In this document: positions 1 to 9,326 of the stretch, piece after piece
Numbering within the stretch: the first letter of the stretch is position 1
How the letters are laid out: every line of letters starts with the position of its first letter
From: a virus
Length of the DNA: 64,000 nucleotides
IMG/VR virus record: IMGVR_UViG_3300033182_000581
Span: 30,492-94,491 of that record
Strand: one strand, 5' to 3'
The notes under the pieces: generated by a model
Told to the model about the DNA's origin: nothing
Database searches by the model: none
The model's input: only the letters and a program-made list of their open reading frames with translations
Program-made: the position numbers and the translations under genes

Positions 1-1
1 T

Positions 2-1303
2 TTAATTGAATTAGCAGTGTACGCTCCAATGTTATTACTTGCATCAGCAGGTTTACTTGCGTTTGGATTCTCCCTATTACCATTATCATTTGCACTTATA
101 CTCGCAACACCAGCCATATTGTTATTTAGTATAGCAATGTTGGCGTTAGGAGTGGGATTATCTTTAATAACGGGTAGTATTGATAGGATTGGTGAACAAA
201 TTCCTATGTTAGTAGACCAAATACCTCAATTAGTGGATGCGTTTTCAGGATTTGTAGGAATCTTACCATCATTACTTCTAATAGGCCCTGCATTACTTTT
301 ATTTGGGTTCTCATTACTACCATTATCGTTTTCACTATTACTGGCAACACCAATCATAATGTTGTTTGGTACTGCTATGGCGGTATTGGGTATGGGATTG
401 AATGTAGCCGCCGATGCTATGGCTAAGATGGGTGCTTCAATTGATATCTTTATTGAAAGTATGTTAAAATTGGCGGTAATAGCACCTATAATAGAGTACT
501 TAACACCAGTTTTATTTGTTTTAGGATTGGCATTAGGTGTTTTAGGAATTGGTATGACGATGGCATCAATACCAATGATATTCTTTAGTTTTGCATTAGA
601 TATTTTGGCAGAATCACTACCACCTATGATAGTGATGTTACCAATATTTACTGCAAATGTAATTATGTTGGTACAACAATTACCATTCATTGTAGCAACC
701 GCAGCTGCGTTTAACTACTTAACTGCATCACTCATAGGATTAACTGCTGCTATGGTAATATTTACACCAATATTTTCTTTTGGAACATTGGTAACCGCCG
801 CGTTAGTACCTGCTATGTTATTCGCATCATTTGGTACTACAATGTGGGCAGCATCTGTACAATTCTTATCAGCATCGTTTGAAACACTTATACCAAATCT
901 AATGGCGTTCTTAACCGCAATCCCAATGATGGGTATGTTAGTAACTCTGATACCTGGACTTGTAGCATTATCAGGTGCATTCTTCTTATTGAGTACATCA
1001 TTGTTTACTTTAGGTGCTGGTTTAGGATTTATAGGAGTGTTCCTACCTGTACTTGCAGCGTTGGGTATATTACTTCCAACTGTAGCAGGTGCTTTCGGAT
1101 TTGGAGATGATGAATCAGAATCTTCATCTATTAGTGGTGATAGCGGTGCATCGATGAATGATGTAGTAGAGGAACTTAAAGCATTGAGAGAAGATATTCA
1201 ACAACAACCGATACTTATTAAAGTGGATGGTAAAGTTGTATCTGCTATGAGTAAGGTTCAGGCTAGAAAACAAAGTGTTCGTAATAGTGGGTATGGGGGA
1301 TAA
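2..1303 (+). CDS. Tail tape measure protein, C-terminal part (5'-truncated; frame is open from position 2)
   Basis: Long hydrophobic Ala/Leu/Gly-rich periodic helical sequence ending in a polar tail (ELKALREDIQQQPILIKVDGKVV); lies directly upstream of tail/baseplate genes. Confidence 0.75.
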   Translation, partial: LIELAVYAPMLLLASAGLLAFGFSLLPLSFALILATPAILLFSIAMLALGVGLSLITGSIDRIGEQIPMLVDQIPQLVDAFSGFVGILPSLLLIGPALLLFGFSLLPLSFSLLLATPIIMLFGTAMAVLGMGLNVAADAMAKMGASIDIFIESMLKLAVIAPIIEYLTPVLFVLGLALGVLGIGMTMASIPMIFFSFALDILAESLPPMIVMLPIFTANVIMLVQQLPFIVATAAAFNYLTASLIGLTAAMVIFTPIFSFGTLVTAALVPAMLFASFGTTMWAASVQFLSASFETLIPNLMAFLTAIPMMGMLVTLIPGLVALSGAFFLLSTSLFTLGAGLGFIGVFLPVLAALGILLPTVAGAFGFGDDESESSSISGDSGASMNDVVEELKALREDIQQQPILIKVDGKVVSAMSKVQARKQSVRNSGYGG

Positions 1304-1306
1304 TAA

Positions 1307-4300
1307 ATGGCGTTAAAAGATTTAAAATCAGACCTTTCAAAATTTAGGATGCCAAAGAAAGAACCTTTGGAGGGAAACGCCCGCGTTGATGTTAATAAAA
1401 ATCAAAATTTAACACCATTGGATTCTCTTGTAAATGGATTACCAACCCCATCAAAACCTAATAAAACAACTGATAAAAGGGGAGTTGATGTTAATAAAAC
1501 AAATCAAACTCCAATTACACCTAATTATGATGGTTACTACAAACAAACACCACCAGGTTCTCCAAAGATAGAATCTGTAACTAAAATAGAACCATTCAAA
1601 GGGGAAACAACACCTCCTGAAATAAAACAAGGTGATAAATTCAAAGGTGAAACATCAGTTGAACCAATGAATAGGGAATCTAAGTTCTTAGGTGAAACAA
1701 CACCAACGAGAGATAATAATACACCTGTATCACCAAATTGGGAAGGGTATTATACAGACCAAATACCTAATGCAACTGATACATCTAAGATAAAACAAGG
1801 TGATAAATTCAAAGGTGAAACAAATCCAACACCAATGGATAATTCGGAAAAGTTCAAAGGGGAAACAACACCTACTGAAATAAATCAAACCGAAAAGTTC
1901 AAAGGTGAAACAACACCTACTGAAATAAATCAAACCGAAAAGTTCAAAGGGGAAACAGACCCTAAACCAATGAGCTTAGAGGAAAGATTCTTAGGTGAAA
2001 CAGAACCTAATAAAATGGATAACTCACCAAATTATTTAGGCCAAACCGAACCTAACAAAATGGATAATTCCGAAAAGTTCTTAGGAGAAACAAATCCAAC
2101 TCAAATGGATAATTCCGAAAAGTTCTTAGGAGAAACAACTCCTAAGAGTGAGAACAATACTGGTCAATTCTTAGGTGAAACAAACCCAACTCCTATGAGT
2201 TTGGAAGAACGATTTTTAGGTGAAACAACACCAAACGAAGTAAATCAGAATGAAAAGTTCAAAGGAGAAACTGAACCTACTGAAGTAACACAAGGTGATA
2301 AGTTCAAAGGTAGTGTTGAAGTTGAAAAAGTAACACAAGGTGATAAGTTCAAAGGTGAAACTGAACCTACTGAATTTAATAATACATCAAACTTTGTTAG
2401 GTTTAGTAATGAAGAGATTTCATCTCCATTTGCTACTGAACCTAATAAGATGAATTTGGATGCTAAGTTCTTAGGTGAAACTGATACTAAACCAATGAGT
2501 TTAGAGGAAAGGTTCTTAGGAGAAACTACACCAACTCATAAAGATAGTACAGGACAATTCTTAGGTGAAACCACTCCTACTGAAGTAGAACAGGGTGATA
2601 AGTTTAAAGGTGAAACTGAGCCTACTGTTATGAGTTTGGGTGATAAGTTTAAAGGTGAAACAACACCTGATAGATTTCCATACATTCTAAGACAAGAGAA
2701 TCAGGGTAAAGAGCCAGGTGAAGTTAATTATTTTTCTGATATACATGCAACTGGATTTACATCGAAATTTGAAAGTAAAGAGCAGAGTAAGTTTGTTGGT
2801 ATCAACCCAGACAATACTCAGTTTGATGGAGCAACATCTCTATATGGTAAACTTGGTTTAACAAACTTTATTGTTGATGATGACGCGACTGGGTTCACTA
2901 AAGATATGTTCCCAATTGGTAGTTCTAAAAAACCATCACAATTTATAGGTGTTGATTCGGCAGGAACTATTTTTGATGAAAAGGCATCCGATTATAGTAA
3001 CACTAAAAGTTTATACGAAGGGTTATCTTATAGACCTGGTTATGGTAGATTTAAGTTTGATAAAGAAACTGGAAACGTACAACGATATTCCGAAAGTAAC
3101 AAATACTTAATAGATAATGAGTTGACACGATTAGGAATTTCTCAACTACAAGAAATGAGAAGTTCACCATCATTCTTAGATAAGATGTATGATAAATACA
3201 ACCTAAGAGATGACTCATTTAATTTAGGAACTGCTGCATTTGCCCATCCACTAATTTTAAGAGGTATCCAAAGACAAGGTATTGATAAAGGTGAACCACA
3301 GAAGTGGGGATTTGGATTCCCAGTAGACGATGGTTTAGTTAGAGGTGGTATTGTAACTGCAACGGATAGGGCAGTTGTAGATGCAGTACGATTGGGTAAA
3401 TGGATGATTTCAGTACAAGGTTTATTGTGGGGAATCAAAAACTTAGGGTTACAACAATCGAATCCAAATGTAGAAACTGTAACTGGTAAACGATTAACAA
3501 AAGTTTGGACTCCTATAAACACAATCGCATCATCAATTAGTGGATTTATTGGATTACATCCACGTAGACATGGAATCTTACCATTACCAGAATCTGCAAA
3601 TCCTGAAAAATATGAAACTGTACAAAAAGGTAAACGGATTACGCATATTGAAGACCCAGCATTAGCAGCTCCAATTACAGGAAACCGATTGGTTGGGTTA
3701 TGGGCAGAATCATTCATAACAATTAAGGATACTTCAAAATCACAAACATTTAATGGCTCACCATTTGCAAGATTACAATCATTAGGAGGCCCTAATTCAT
3801 TATATGGGTTGATTCCAGGTGGTAGAGTTCCTACTCGAAATGAAAATACACGACCTAATGATTTCATTGGATACACTATATTCAATCAATACGCAACGTT
3901 TAGATTGGAGAGTGATGGTAGTAGAGTTGTAGAAGGAAGTACCAAAGCATTAGATGTTTTAAACTTAGGAACATCTGAAGATAATTTTGGTAAGAAAACC
4001 AAGTTAGGTAAGAAAATAAAAAGTTATACAAAGTTTGCACCAAATCAAAAATCAACATCAGACCCTAATTTTGCCATTAACAAAATGGCAGGTAAAAATT
4101 ATGATGATGAATCACCATATAACCCAAAAGGAGAACAATTTGACCCTGATAAGACTCCTTTAGGCGTAAAAGCAAACGACCTACCAGCTTCTTTTAAGAA
4201 TAATACTAAAAATACTGAAGGTAAATCACATCCAATAGAAAAGAACGATACTGCAGCCGAAATCATAAAAAATTATGAAACTATGGCGTATGGTAGTATT

Positions 4301-5026
4301 CCAAAAAGAGAGGCTGGAAATCCTTCGTTTAATGATTTTAGAAGTTCATTGGCGGGTGATGAAAAGAAAAGAGCCGATAAATCAGATTATACCAATAAAC
4401 ACATCCATACAAGAGTTGGGTTTGCAAATTATGGGCCGGGAAGAGATTTAAAAGATTGGTCTGATGGGTTAACCGCCGACCCCATAATTAGGAATGAGAT
4501 TGGTAAGTTCGCGCAAAACGATTTAGTGCACTTTTGGGTTCAAGAATATTCAGAAGGTGTTGCATCACAAATACAATTTAGAGGAACAATCACAGGTCTT
4601 ACTGATACATTCTCACCATCGTGGGATGCTATTAAATTTGGTGGTAGAGCAGACCAGGGATACAAATATGGTACATTCGAAAGAAGTGTATCATTTAACT
4701 TCCAAGTTTATGCAACATCGAGAGATGATATGGCCCCTATGTGGAAGAAGTTAGAAAGATTATCCACTATGACAATGCCACAATACGCAGGTACGGAAGG
4801 TTATAATGGTACTTTGGTTAAGTTTAGAGTCGGTGATTTGTATAAAAGTAAATTAGCATTTATTGATTCACTAACATATACAATTTCAGATGATGCGCCG
4901 TGGGATATTAATTTAGATGGTAAATTAGGTGAACTTCCAATGGGAGTTGAAGTTGCTATCGGATTTAAAGTATTAGATGCTAAAAGACCTCAATACAAAC
5001 AAACGGTATATGATTGGAGTATTTAA
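1307..5026 (+). CDS. Large tail/baseplate protein with N-terminal 15-aa repeats and C-terminal tail-tube-initiator-like domain
   Basis: C-terminal FRGTITGLTDTFSPSW...GRA...YKYGTFERSVSFNFQVYA resembles contractile-tail tube/initiator folds; located between tape measure and LysM-like gene. Confidence 0.6.
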   Translation: MALKDLKSDLSKFRMPKKEPLEGNARVDVNKNQNLTPLDSLVNGLPTPSKPNKTTDKRGVDVNKTNQTPITPNYDGYYKQTPPGSPKIESVTKIEPFKGETTPPEIKQGDKFKGETSVEPMNRESKFLGETTPTRDNNTPVSPNWEGYYTDQIPNATDTSKIKQGDKFKGETNPTPMDNSEKFKGETTPTEINQTEKFKGETTPTEINQTEKFKGETDPKPMSLEERFLGETEPNKMDNSPNYLGQTEPNKMDNSEKFLGETNPTQMDNSEKFLGETTPKSENNTGQFLGETNPTPMSLEERFLGETTPNEVNQNEKFKGETEPTEVTQGDKFKGSVEVEKVTQGDKFKGETEPTEFNNTSNFVRFSNEEISSPFATEPNKMNLDAKFLGETDTKPMSLEERFLGETTPTHKDSTGQFLGETTPTEVEQGDKFKGETEPTVMSLGDKFKGETTPDRFPYILRQENQGKEPGEVNYFSDIHATGFTSKFESKEQSKFVGINPDNTQFDGATSLYGKLGLTNFIVDDDATGFTKDMFPIGSSKKPSQFIGVDSAGTIFDEKASDYSNTKSLYEGLSYRPGYGRFKFDKETGNVQRYSESNKYLIDNELTRLGISQLQEMRSSPSFLDKMYDKYNLRDDSFNLGTAAFAHPLILRGIQRQGIDKGEPQKWGFGFPVDDGLVRGGIVTATDRAVVDAVRLGKWMISVQGLLWGIKNLGLQQSNPNVETVTGKRLTKVWTPINTIASSISGFIGLHPRRHGILPLPESANPEKYETVQKGKRITHIEDPALAAPITGNRLVGLWAESFITIKDTSKSQTFNGSPFARLQSLGGPNSLYGLIPGGRVPTRNENTRPNDFIGYTIFNQYATFRLESDGSRVVEGSTKALDVLNLGTSEDNFGKKTKLGKKIKSYTKFAPNQKSTSDPNFAINKMAGKNYDDESPYNPKGEQFDPDKTPLGVKANDLPASFKNNTKNTEGKSHPIEKNDTAAEIIKNYETMAYGSIPKREAGNPSFNDFRSSLAGDEKKRADKSDYTNKHIHTRVGFANYGPGRDLKDWSDGLTADPIIRNEIGKFAQNDLVHFWVQEYSEGVASQIQFRGTITGLTDTFSPSWDAIKFGGRADQGYKYGTFERSVSFNFQVYATSRDDMAPMWKKLERLSTMTMPQYAGTEGYNGTLVKFRVGDLYKSKLAFIDSLTYTISDDAPWDINLDGKLGELPMGVEVAIGFKVLDAKRPQYKQTVYDWSI
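1595..2670 (+). repeat. Coding tandem repeat, about 21 copies of a ~45-nt/15-aa unit (F[KL]GET[TEN]P...)
   Basis: Repeated KFKGET/FLGET; near-identical 45-nt copies at about 1846-1957. Confidence 0.9.
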
Positions 5027-5029
5027 GAT

Positions 5030-5326
5030 ATGAACAGATACGAAAACATACAGATATTAAAAACTGAATTGGGTAAGAGATATAAAAAAACTATTAAATA
5101 TCCTATCATTGAAAAGAATGAAAATGATATTTATATAGTAGGTTCACAAGGTGATAGATTGGATAATATTGCACACAAATATTATAAAGATAGTACGTTA
5201 TGGTGGATTATAGCTCGAGCTAATAACATTGGTAAGGGTAGTTTATCAGTACCAATCGGAACACAAATAAGAATTCCATATAACTATCTAAACATTATTG
5301 ATGAATATAGAAAACTAAACGGATAA
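5030..5326 (+). CDS. LysM-like baseplate wedge / tail X-type protein
   Basis: GDRLDNIAHKYYKDSTLWWIIARAN...GTQIRIP motif; tail context. Confidence 0.8.
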   Translation: MNRYENIQILKTELGKRYKKTIKYPIIEKNENDIYIVGSQGDRLDNIAHKYYKDSTLWWIIARANNIGKGSLSVPIGTQIRIPYNYLNIIDEYRKLNG

Positions 5327-5332
5327 TAAGTT

Positions 5333-7171
5333 ATGTCATTTAATTTTACACCTGGATTTGGTATTGCAGGCCCTACTTTAGAGAAAAGGGTAGATAAGAT
5401 TAAAGGTAGAGAGGTTAATTGGAATTATCAAAAATACGCATACTTTTATCTAACTACATCAGACTACAGCCCACCATCGGTCGGCGATGCAAAGGATTCG
5501 GATTCAGTATTTAATTTAATACCACGAAAAGGATTTTCTGTTGGGATTCCACCAACTGGTGGCCACCTATCACTTTATACAAGTCCTGAGGAAAACGCAA
5601 GACGATTCAAAAAACACATAACATCCGCAACTATTACATTAGATGGTGGTGGTGATATCTATAACTCATTTATTAGAGAGTTTGAAATTGAATTTAAAGT
5701 ATATACACTTGCTGATTTAGAATTAGTTGAAAACGACCTTTTTAAATTGGGTGCTAAAGCAACCGTAAAATATGGGTGGAAAGGTTCATCGGAAGCGGGT
5801 GAATCTGCTGAGGCCACAATATCAATTTACAATTTTGGGTATTCAATGGATGCGGATGGTTCTTTTAATTGTAATATTAAAGGATTAGAAGGAGATGCAT
5901 TTGCAGGTGCTACAAGGGTCGGTGGTACTATAAAACTAACACCCGATGAATCCAAAACCCTAAGTGAAGAAGGTGCAAACCCCGCAAACCTATCTATGGC
6001 ACTTATCGCAAAATATAAAACTGCACATGGTTTATCTGCAGATGACGATGCATCGGATTCAAGTGTTGGATGGGGAAGTCTTATAAAGAAAAACCACGAT
6101 GGTGTTGATTATTATATGTTAGGTATCAAAGAAGTTGGCCAGGGTGAAGGTATACTTGGTAGGGTACTTGATGCCCCACTTAGAGTTGCTATGGTAAGAT
6201 TAGAAGATATAGTAAACCTTGCAAATAAGCTAAGTGGTGATTCTGAAGATAAATCATTTCAGTTTCACGGAACACATCATACCATTTCACCATCACGTTC
6301 AGAATATGGCTCTGCAGACCCAAGAAAGTTTATATTACCTGGTGCTATGGCAGATTATGGTAAGGGAGCGGAAGATATCAAACGTAATGCACCTTCGGGT
6401 AATAGTATCAAAAATATTTTAGTTTCAATAACACATCTAACAAAAAAATTTGATTCTTTAAGTACTACTGTAAATGAAAAACAACAACCACCTGTTGTAT
6501 CAAAATTATTAAAGGCAATTGGCGCTGATTTAAAACGTTTAACAGGTGGTTTGGTTGATTTACAAATTGTACCTTTAGACCCCAAAAATCCAGATGGTAC
6601 ATATGAGATATTTAATAATACTGAGATTCAAAAACTACCACCAAAACCACCATTTGTATTTCCGGGAATTGGTGAAGATTCTATCGTAAAAGAAATTAGT
6701 ATAGATACTGAATTTGATATGGATACTATGTTAATGATGACAGTTGGTAATGTTAAAAGTGGTGCATTTAATCTGCGACCACTACAAGTAGCATATCCGG
6801 AAATACCAAAAATACCACTATCCCCAAAAAAGAAAGAGGCTAAAAAAGAGGCAAAAGAAGCCCCAACTAAAAAAGGAATTGGTAAAGATGGTATTGATGA
6901 TGAACGTGCAAGTTCTATTGCATCGGGTATGGCACAAGTATTGGCAGATGACCCAAATGGTACAATGGTAACAATTCCATTACAAATAAAATTAGGTATC
7001 AAAATAGATGGTATAGAAGGAATTAACTTTTTAGCACCTGTAAGTGTAGATAGATTACCATCTAGATATAAGGATAATTGTAAGTTTTTAGTTACTGCGT
7101 TAGAACATTCATTTGATGGAGATGGTGGATGGGAAACTGATATTAAAACTGCTATGAAGATAGGTAAGTAA
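5333..7171 (+). CDS. Putative baseplate hub protein
   Basis: Follows LysM-like gene; VKYGW motif and C-terminal FLVTALEHSFDGDGGWETDIK typical of hub proteins. Confidence 0.6.
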   Translation: MSFNFTPGFGIAGPTLEKRVDKIKGREVNWNYQKYAYFYLTTSDYSPPSVGDAKDSDSVFNLIPRKGFSVGIPPTGGHLSLYTSPEENARRFKKHITSATITLDGGGDIYNSFIREFEIEFKVYTLADLELVENDLFKLGAKATVKYGWKGSSEAGESAEATISIYNFGYSMDADGSFNCNIKGLEGDAFAGATRVGGTIKLTPDESKTLSEEGANPANLSMALIAKYKTAHGLSADDDASDSSVGWGSLIKKNHDGVDYYMLGIKEVGQGEGILGRVLDAPLRVAMVRLEDIVNLANKLSGDSEDKSFQFHGTHHTISPSRSEYGSADPRKFILPGAMADYGKGAEDIKRNAPSGNSIKNILVSITHLTKKFDSLSTTVNEKQQPPVVSKLLKAIGADLKRLTGGLVDLQIVPLDPKNPDGTYEIFNNTEIQKLPPKPPFVFPGIGEDSIVKEISIDTEFDMDTMLMMTVGNVKSGAFNLRPLQVAYPEIPKIPLSPKKKEAKKEAKEAPTKKGIGKDGIDDERASSIASGMAQVLADDPNGTMVTIPLQIKLGIKIDGIEGINFLAPVSVDRLPSRYKDNCKFLVTALEHSFDGDGGWETDIKTAMKIGK

Positions 7172-7803
7172 TGGCTGATAAACGAAAAAGAATATATTAT
7201 ACAAAGGCACAAATCACTAATGGTTTAAAAACTCCTGGTGGTGAGTGGATGTACACCGATGGTACTGAATATATTGGTCAATACCATAGATATACTACTG
7301 GTGAAGTATTTACAGATGCATCATATGTAGAGGGTAAGTCCAGAATCCTAATACCATTTGTTAATTTGAAAGAAAAATTTGAAGATAACGAATTGGGTAT
7401 TGATTTTGCCAAAAACTTTGAATATGATGGTTTAAAACCAGATTACGTTAAAAAAAGTTTAACACCAAACTCAAAATCAGAACAACCCAAAGATAAAGAT
7501 TATACTAATGGGTATATGATACGATATTTTGCTCATAAACGAAATGATAATCAAATAATAGAACTAAATAGTGAAGGATATGGTCAAGTGGGTACTGAAG
7601 ATGGATTAGATAAAGCAATTTGGGAAAATTTTAAAATCAAATGGAAAATATCAGGTCCTGATAAGGATATATTAGATTCACAAGGTAACATAAAAGAAAG
7701 TGGTATTATTGATACTAATATCAGAACCATCAATTACGAATCAGAGAAGTATCCTGCAATAAAAGATTATATCACCGATTTTAGGCAATTCTCTAAAGCC
7801 TAA
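7171..7803 (+). CDS. Hypothetical tail/baseplate-associated protein
   Basis: 210-aa ORF translationally coupled (TAATG) to the hub gene. Confidence 0.55.
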   Translation: MADKRKRIYYTKAQITNGLKTPGGEWMYTDGTEYIGQYHRYTTGEVFTDASYVEGKSRILIPFVNLKEKFEDNELGIDFAKNFEYDGLKPDYVKKSLTPNSKSEQPKDKDYTNGYMIRYFAHKRNDNQIIELNSEGYGQVGTEDGLDKAIWENFKIKWKISGPDKDILDSQGNIKESGIIDTNIRTINYESEKYPAIKDYITDFRQFSKA

Positions 7804-7806
7804 AAC

Positions 7807-7870
7807 TTAACGATTTCTTAACATTAGAAATTTGGAAAATCAAAGCACATTTCTTATCTTTACTATGTAA
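7807..7870 (+). promoter_or_regulatory. Repeated element copy 1: TTAACr-N5-TTAACA-TTAGAAA-TTTG plus degenerate -7 box
   Basis: TTAACG 7807, TTAACA 7818, TTTG 7831, TATCTTTA 7855 (20-nt spacer). Confidence 0.8.
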
Positions 7871-7885
7871 TAAAAGAGATAAGTT

Positions 7886-8224
7886 ATGATAGTAAAGAAC
7901 GAAAGATTCCAAGTGACCAACGAATTGATTGGTAAGTACATCAACCGAGTGTTGTATTCAGATGTTGACCCTGTGGGTAAGATTGTAGGTATCAAAGGTA
8001 AGACCAAGGTACTGATTCAGCCAGTTTACGCTAGTGAGAACAAAACCAAAACGGAATACATCCCAGGTGGTTTTGCTGGACATTGTACGAATATGTATGA
8101 CCAATCATATGAGTTCTACGAAGATGGTGAGGTCTTTGAGGCCAGTTTGAGTAAGAGTTCTATGAAGAACCGATTTTGGGTTATTGGCGACAATCCTCGT
8201 AAATTCTACGACTACAACTTCTAA
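7886..8224 (+). CDS. Hypothetical protein (early cassette)
   Basis: 112-aa ORF between two copies of the repeated element. Confidence 0.7.
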   Translation: MIVKNERFQVTNELIGKYINRVLYSDVDPVGKIVGIKGKTKVLIQPVYASENKTKTEYIPGGFAGHCTNMYDQSYEFYEDGEVFEASLSKSSMKNRFWVIGDNPRKFYDYNF

Positions 8225-8228
8225 AAGT

Positions 8229-8290
8229 TTAACAATTTCTTAACATTAGAAATTTGGAAAAGTAAAAAAAAGTGGTACTTTAGTACTGTA
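8229..8290 (+). promoter_or_regulatory. Repeated element copy 2
   Basis: TTAACA 8229, TTAACA 8240, TTTG 8253, TACTTTAG 8276 (19-nt spacer). Confidence 0.8.
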
Positions 8291-8322
8291 AGATTGAGAG
8301 TTAAACAATAAATAAATAAAAA

Positions 8323-8595
8323 ATGACTTACGCAGAATTAAATCAGATGAGTATTGAACAACTACGAGCGTTAAACTCAAAAGTAGTTGAAGTAATTAAG
8401 ATGAAACGCAGTGAGGCTGCAATGGACATTAAGGAAGAACTTTATGTTGGTGCTAATGTAAAAGTTAACCATCCCAAGTTGATGGGTAAACAACTCCGAG
8501 TCGAGAAAATCAACCGAACTAAAGCAGTTCTCAAAGTGTTGAATGGTTACGGAACTTATACTGTTCCAATGAGTATGATTGAAGTAAATAAGTAA
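8323..8595 (+). CDS. Hypothetical protein, helix plus SH3-like beta domain
   Basis: ELYVGANVKV...VEKINRTKAVL...YTVPMSMI pattern; A-rich translation start. Confidence 0.65.
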   Translation: MTYAELNQMSIEQLRALNSKVVEVIKMKRSEAAMDIKEELYVGANVKVNHPKLMGKQLRVEKINRTKAVLKVLNGYGTYTVPMSMIEVNK

Positions 8596-8598
8596 GAT

Positions 8599-8817
8599 AT
8601 GGCTATTGTAAGTAAACCCCAAACAATCGGAATCGAAATAGATTTGACAGGCCCACAAGGTAACGCTTTTTACCTTTTGGGTACTGCTAAGAACCTCGCC
8701 AAACAATTAGGTTTGAATGGTAACCAAATTATGGAAGAAATGATGAGTGGTGATTACGAAAACCTTCTTCAAGTGTTTGATAAGAACTTCGGTTCAATAG
8801 TAACCCTTTACCGATAA
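8599..8817 (+). CDS. Hypothetical phage protein
   Basis: IDLTGPQGNAFYLLG motif; tightly packed in operon. Confidence 0.7.
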   Translation: MAIVSKPQTIGIEIDLTGPQGNAFYLLGTAKNLAKQLGLNGNQIMEEMMSGDYENLLQVFDKNFGSIVTLYR

Positions 8818-8820
8818 ATT

Positions 8821-9036
8821 ATGTTAGTAACTAAAAAATCCCCTATTAGTGGAAATTTAAATTCAATGGAGCTTCCAATTACGGAAGCTCAGTTGGAGGC
8901 TCACCGAAATGGTGAGTTGGTTCAGAATGTGTTCCCAACACTTTCAGTTGAGGAGCGTGAGTTTTTGGCGAGTGGTATCTCTCCAAAAGAGTGGAACGAT
9001 TTGTTTGGTAATTATACGGAAGATGAGTTGGTATAA
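8821..9036 (+). CDS. Hypothetical phage protein
   Basis: 71-aa ORF with VQNVFPTLSVEEREFLASGI; operon packing. Confidence 0.7.
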   Translation: MLVTKKSPISGNLNSMELPITEAQLEAHRNGELVQNVFPTLSVEEREFLASGISPKEWNDLFGNYTEDELV

Positions 9037-9235
9037 AGCACCACCCAATACTTCATGGTATTATCGTGAAATGGGTAGTAGGAACAAAAAGACTGGAAAG
9101 TTATCTTACTATACCGTAAAGGTAACCGATTACAAAATTGTAGATTGTGAATGTAAAGCAAGAGAGTTCAATCGTTACTCACCTTGTAAACATATGAAAC
9201 GATTACATCAAAAATTATCACATTTAGATATATGA
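9023..9235 (+). CDS. SWIM zinc-finger protein (start moved from 8909 to ATG 9023)
   Basis: CEC...PCKH (CxC-Xn-CxH); the ATG at 9023 removes a long overlap. Confidence 0.7.
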   Translation: MSWYKAPPNTSWYYREMGSRNKKTGKLSYYTVKVTDYKIVDCECKAREFNRYSPCKHMKRLHQKLSHLDI

Positions 9236-9309
9236 GTTGGTATCAATTAGAAATAGAAGCAGATAAGTACGAAGAGTTGCAGGAATTACTTTTGGAATTA
9301 TCAGAATAA
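9232..9309 (+). CDS. Possible 25-aa microprotein MSWYQLEIEADKYEELQELLLELSE
   Basis: ATGA overlap with the SWIM gene stop; fills the gap up to the next promoter. Confidence 0.4.
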   Translation: MSWYQLEIEADKYEELQELLLELSE

Positions 9310-9322
9310 TTTCGTATATTTG
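9291..9322 (+). promoter_or_regulatory. Bacteroidota primary-sigma promoter (-33 TTTG / -7 TATATTTG)
   Basis: TTTG 9291, TATATTTG 9315, 20-nt spacer; ATG 5 nt after the -7 box. Confidence 0.8.
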
Positions 9323-9326
9323 TTAG

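Noticed and set aside
1595-2670. CRISPR array or DGR-type repeat
   Set aside because: Units are in-frame, vary at synonymous positions and have no unique spacers; no reverse transcriptase is present.
7807-8290. The TTAACA element as a CRISPR repeat or IS end
   Set aside because: Copies are hundreds to thousands of bp apart, embed promoter boxes, and no transposase or cas operon is present.
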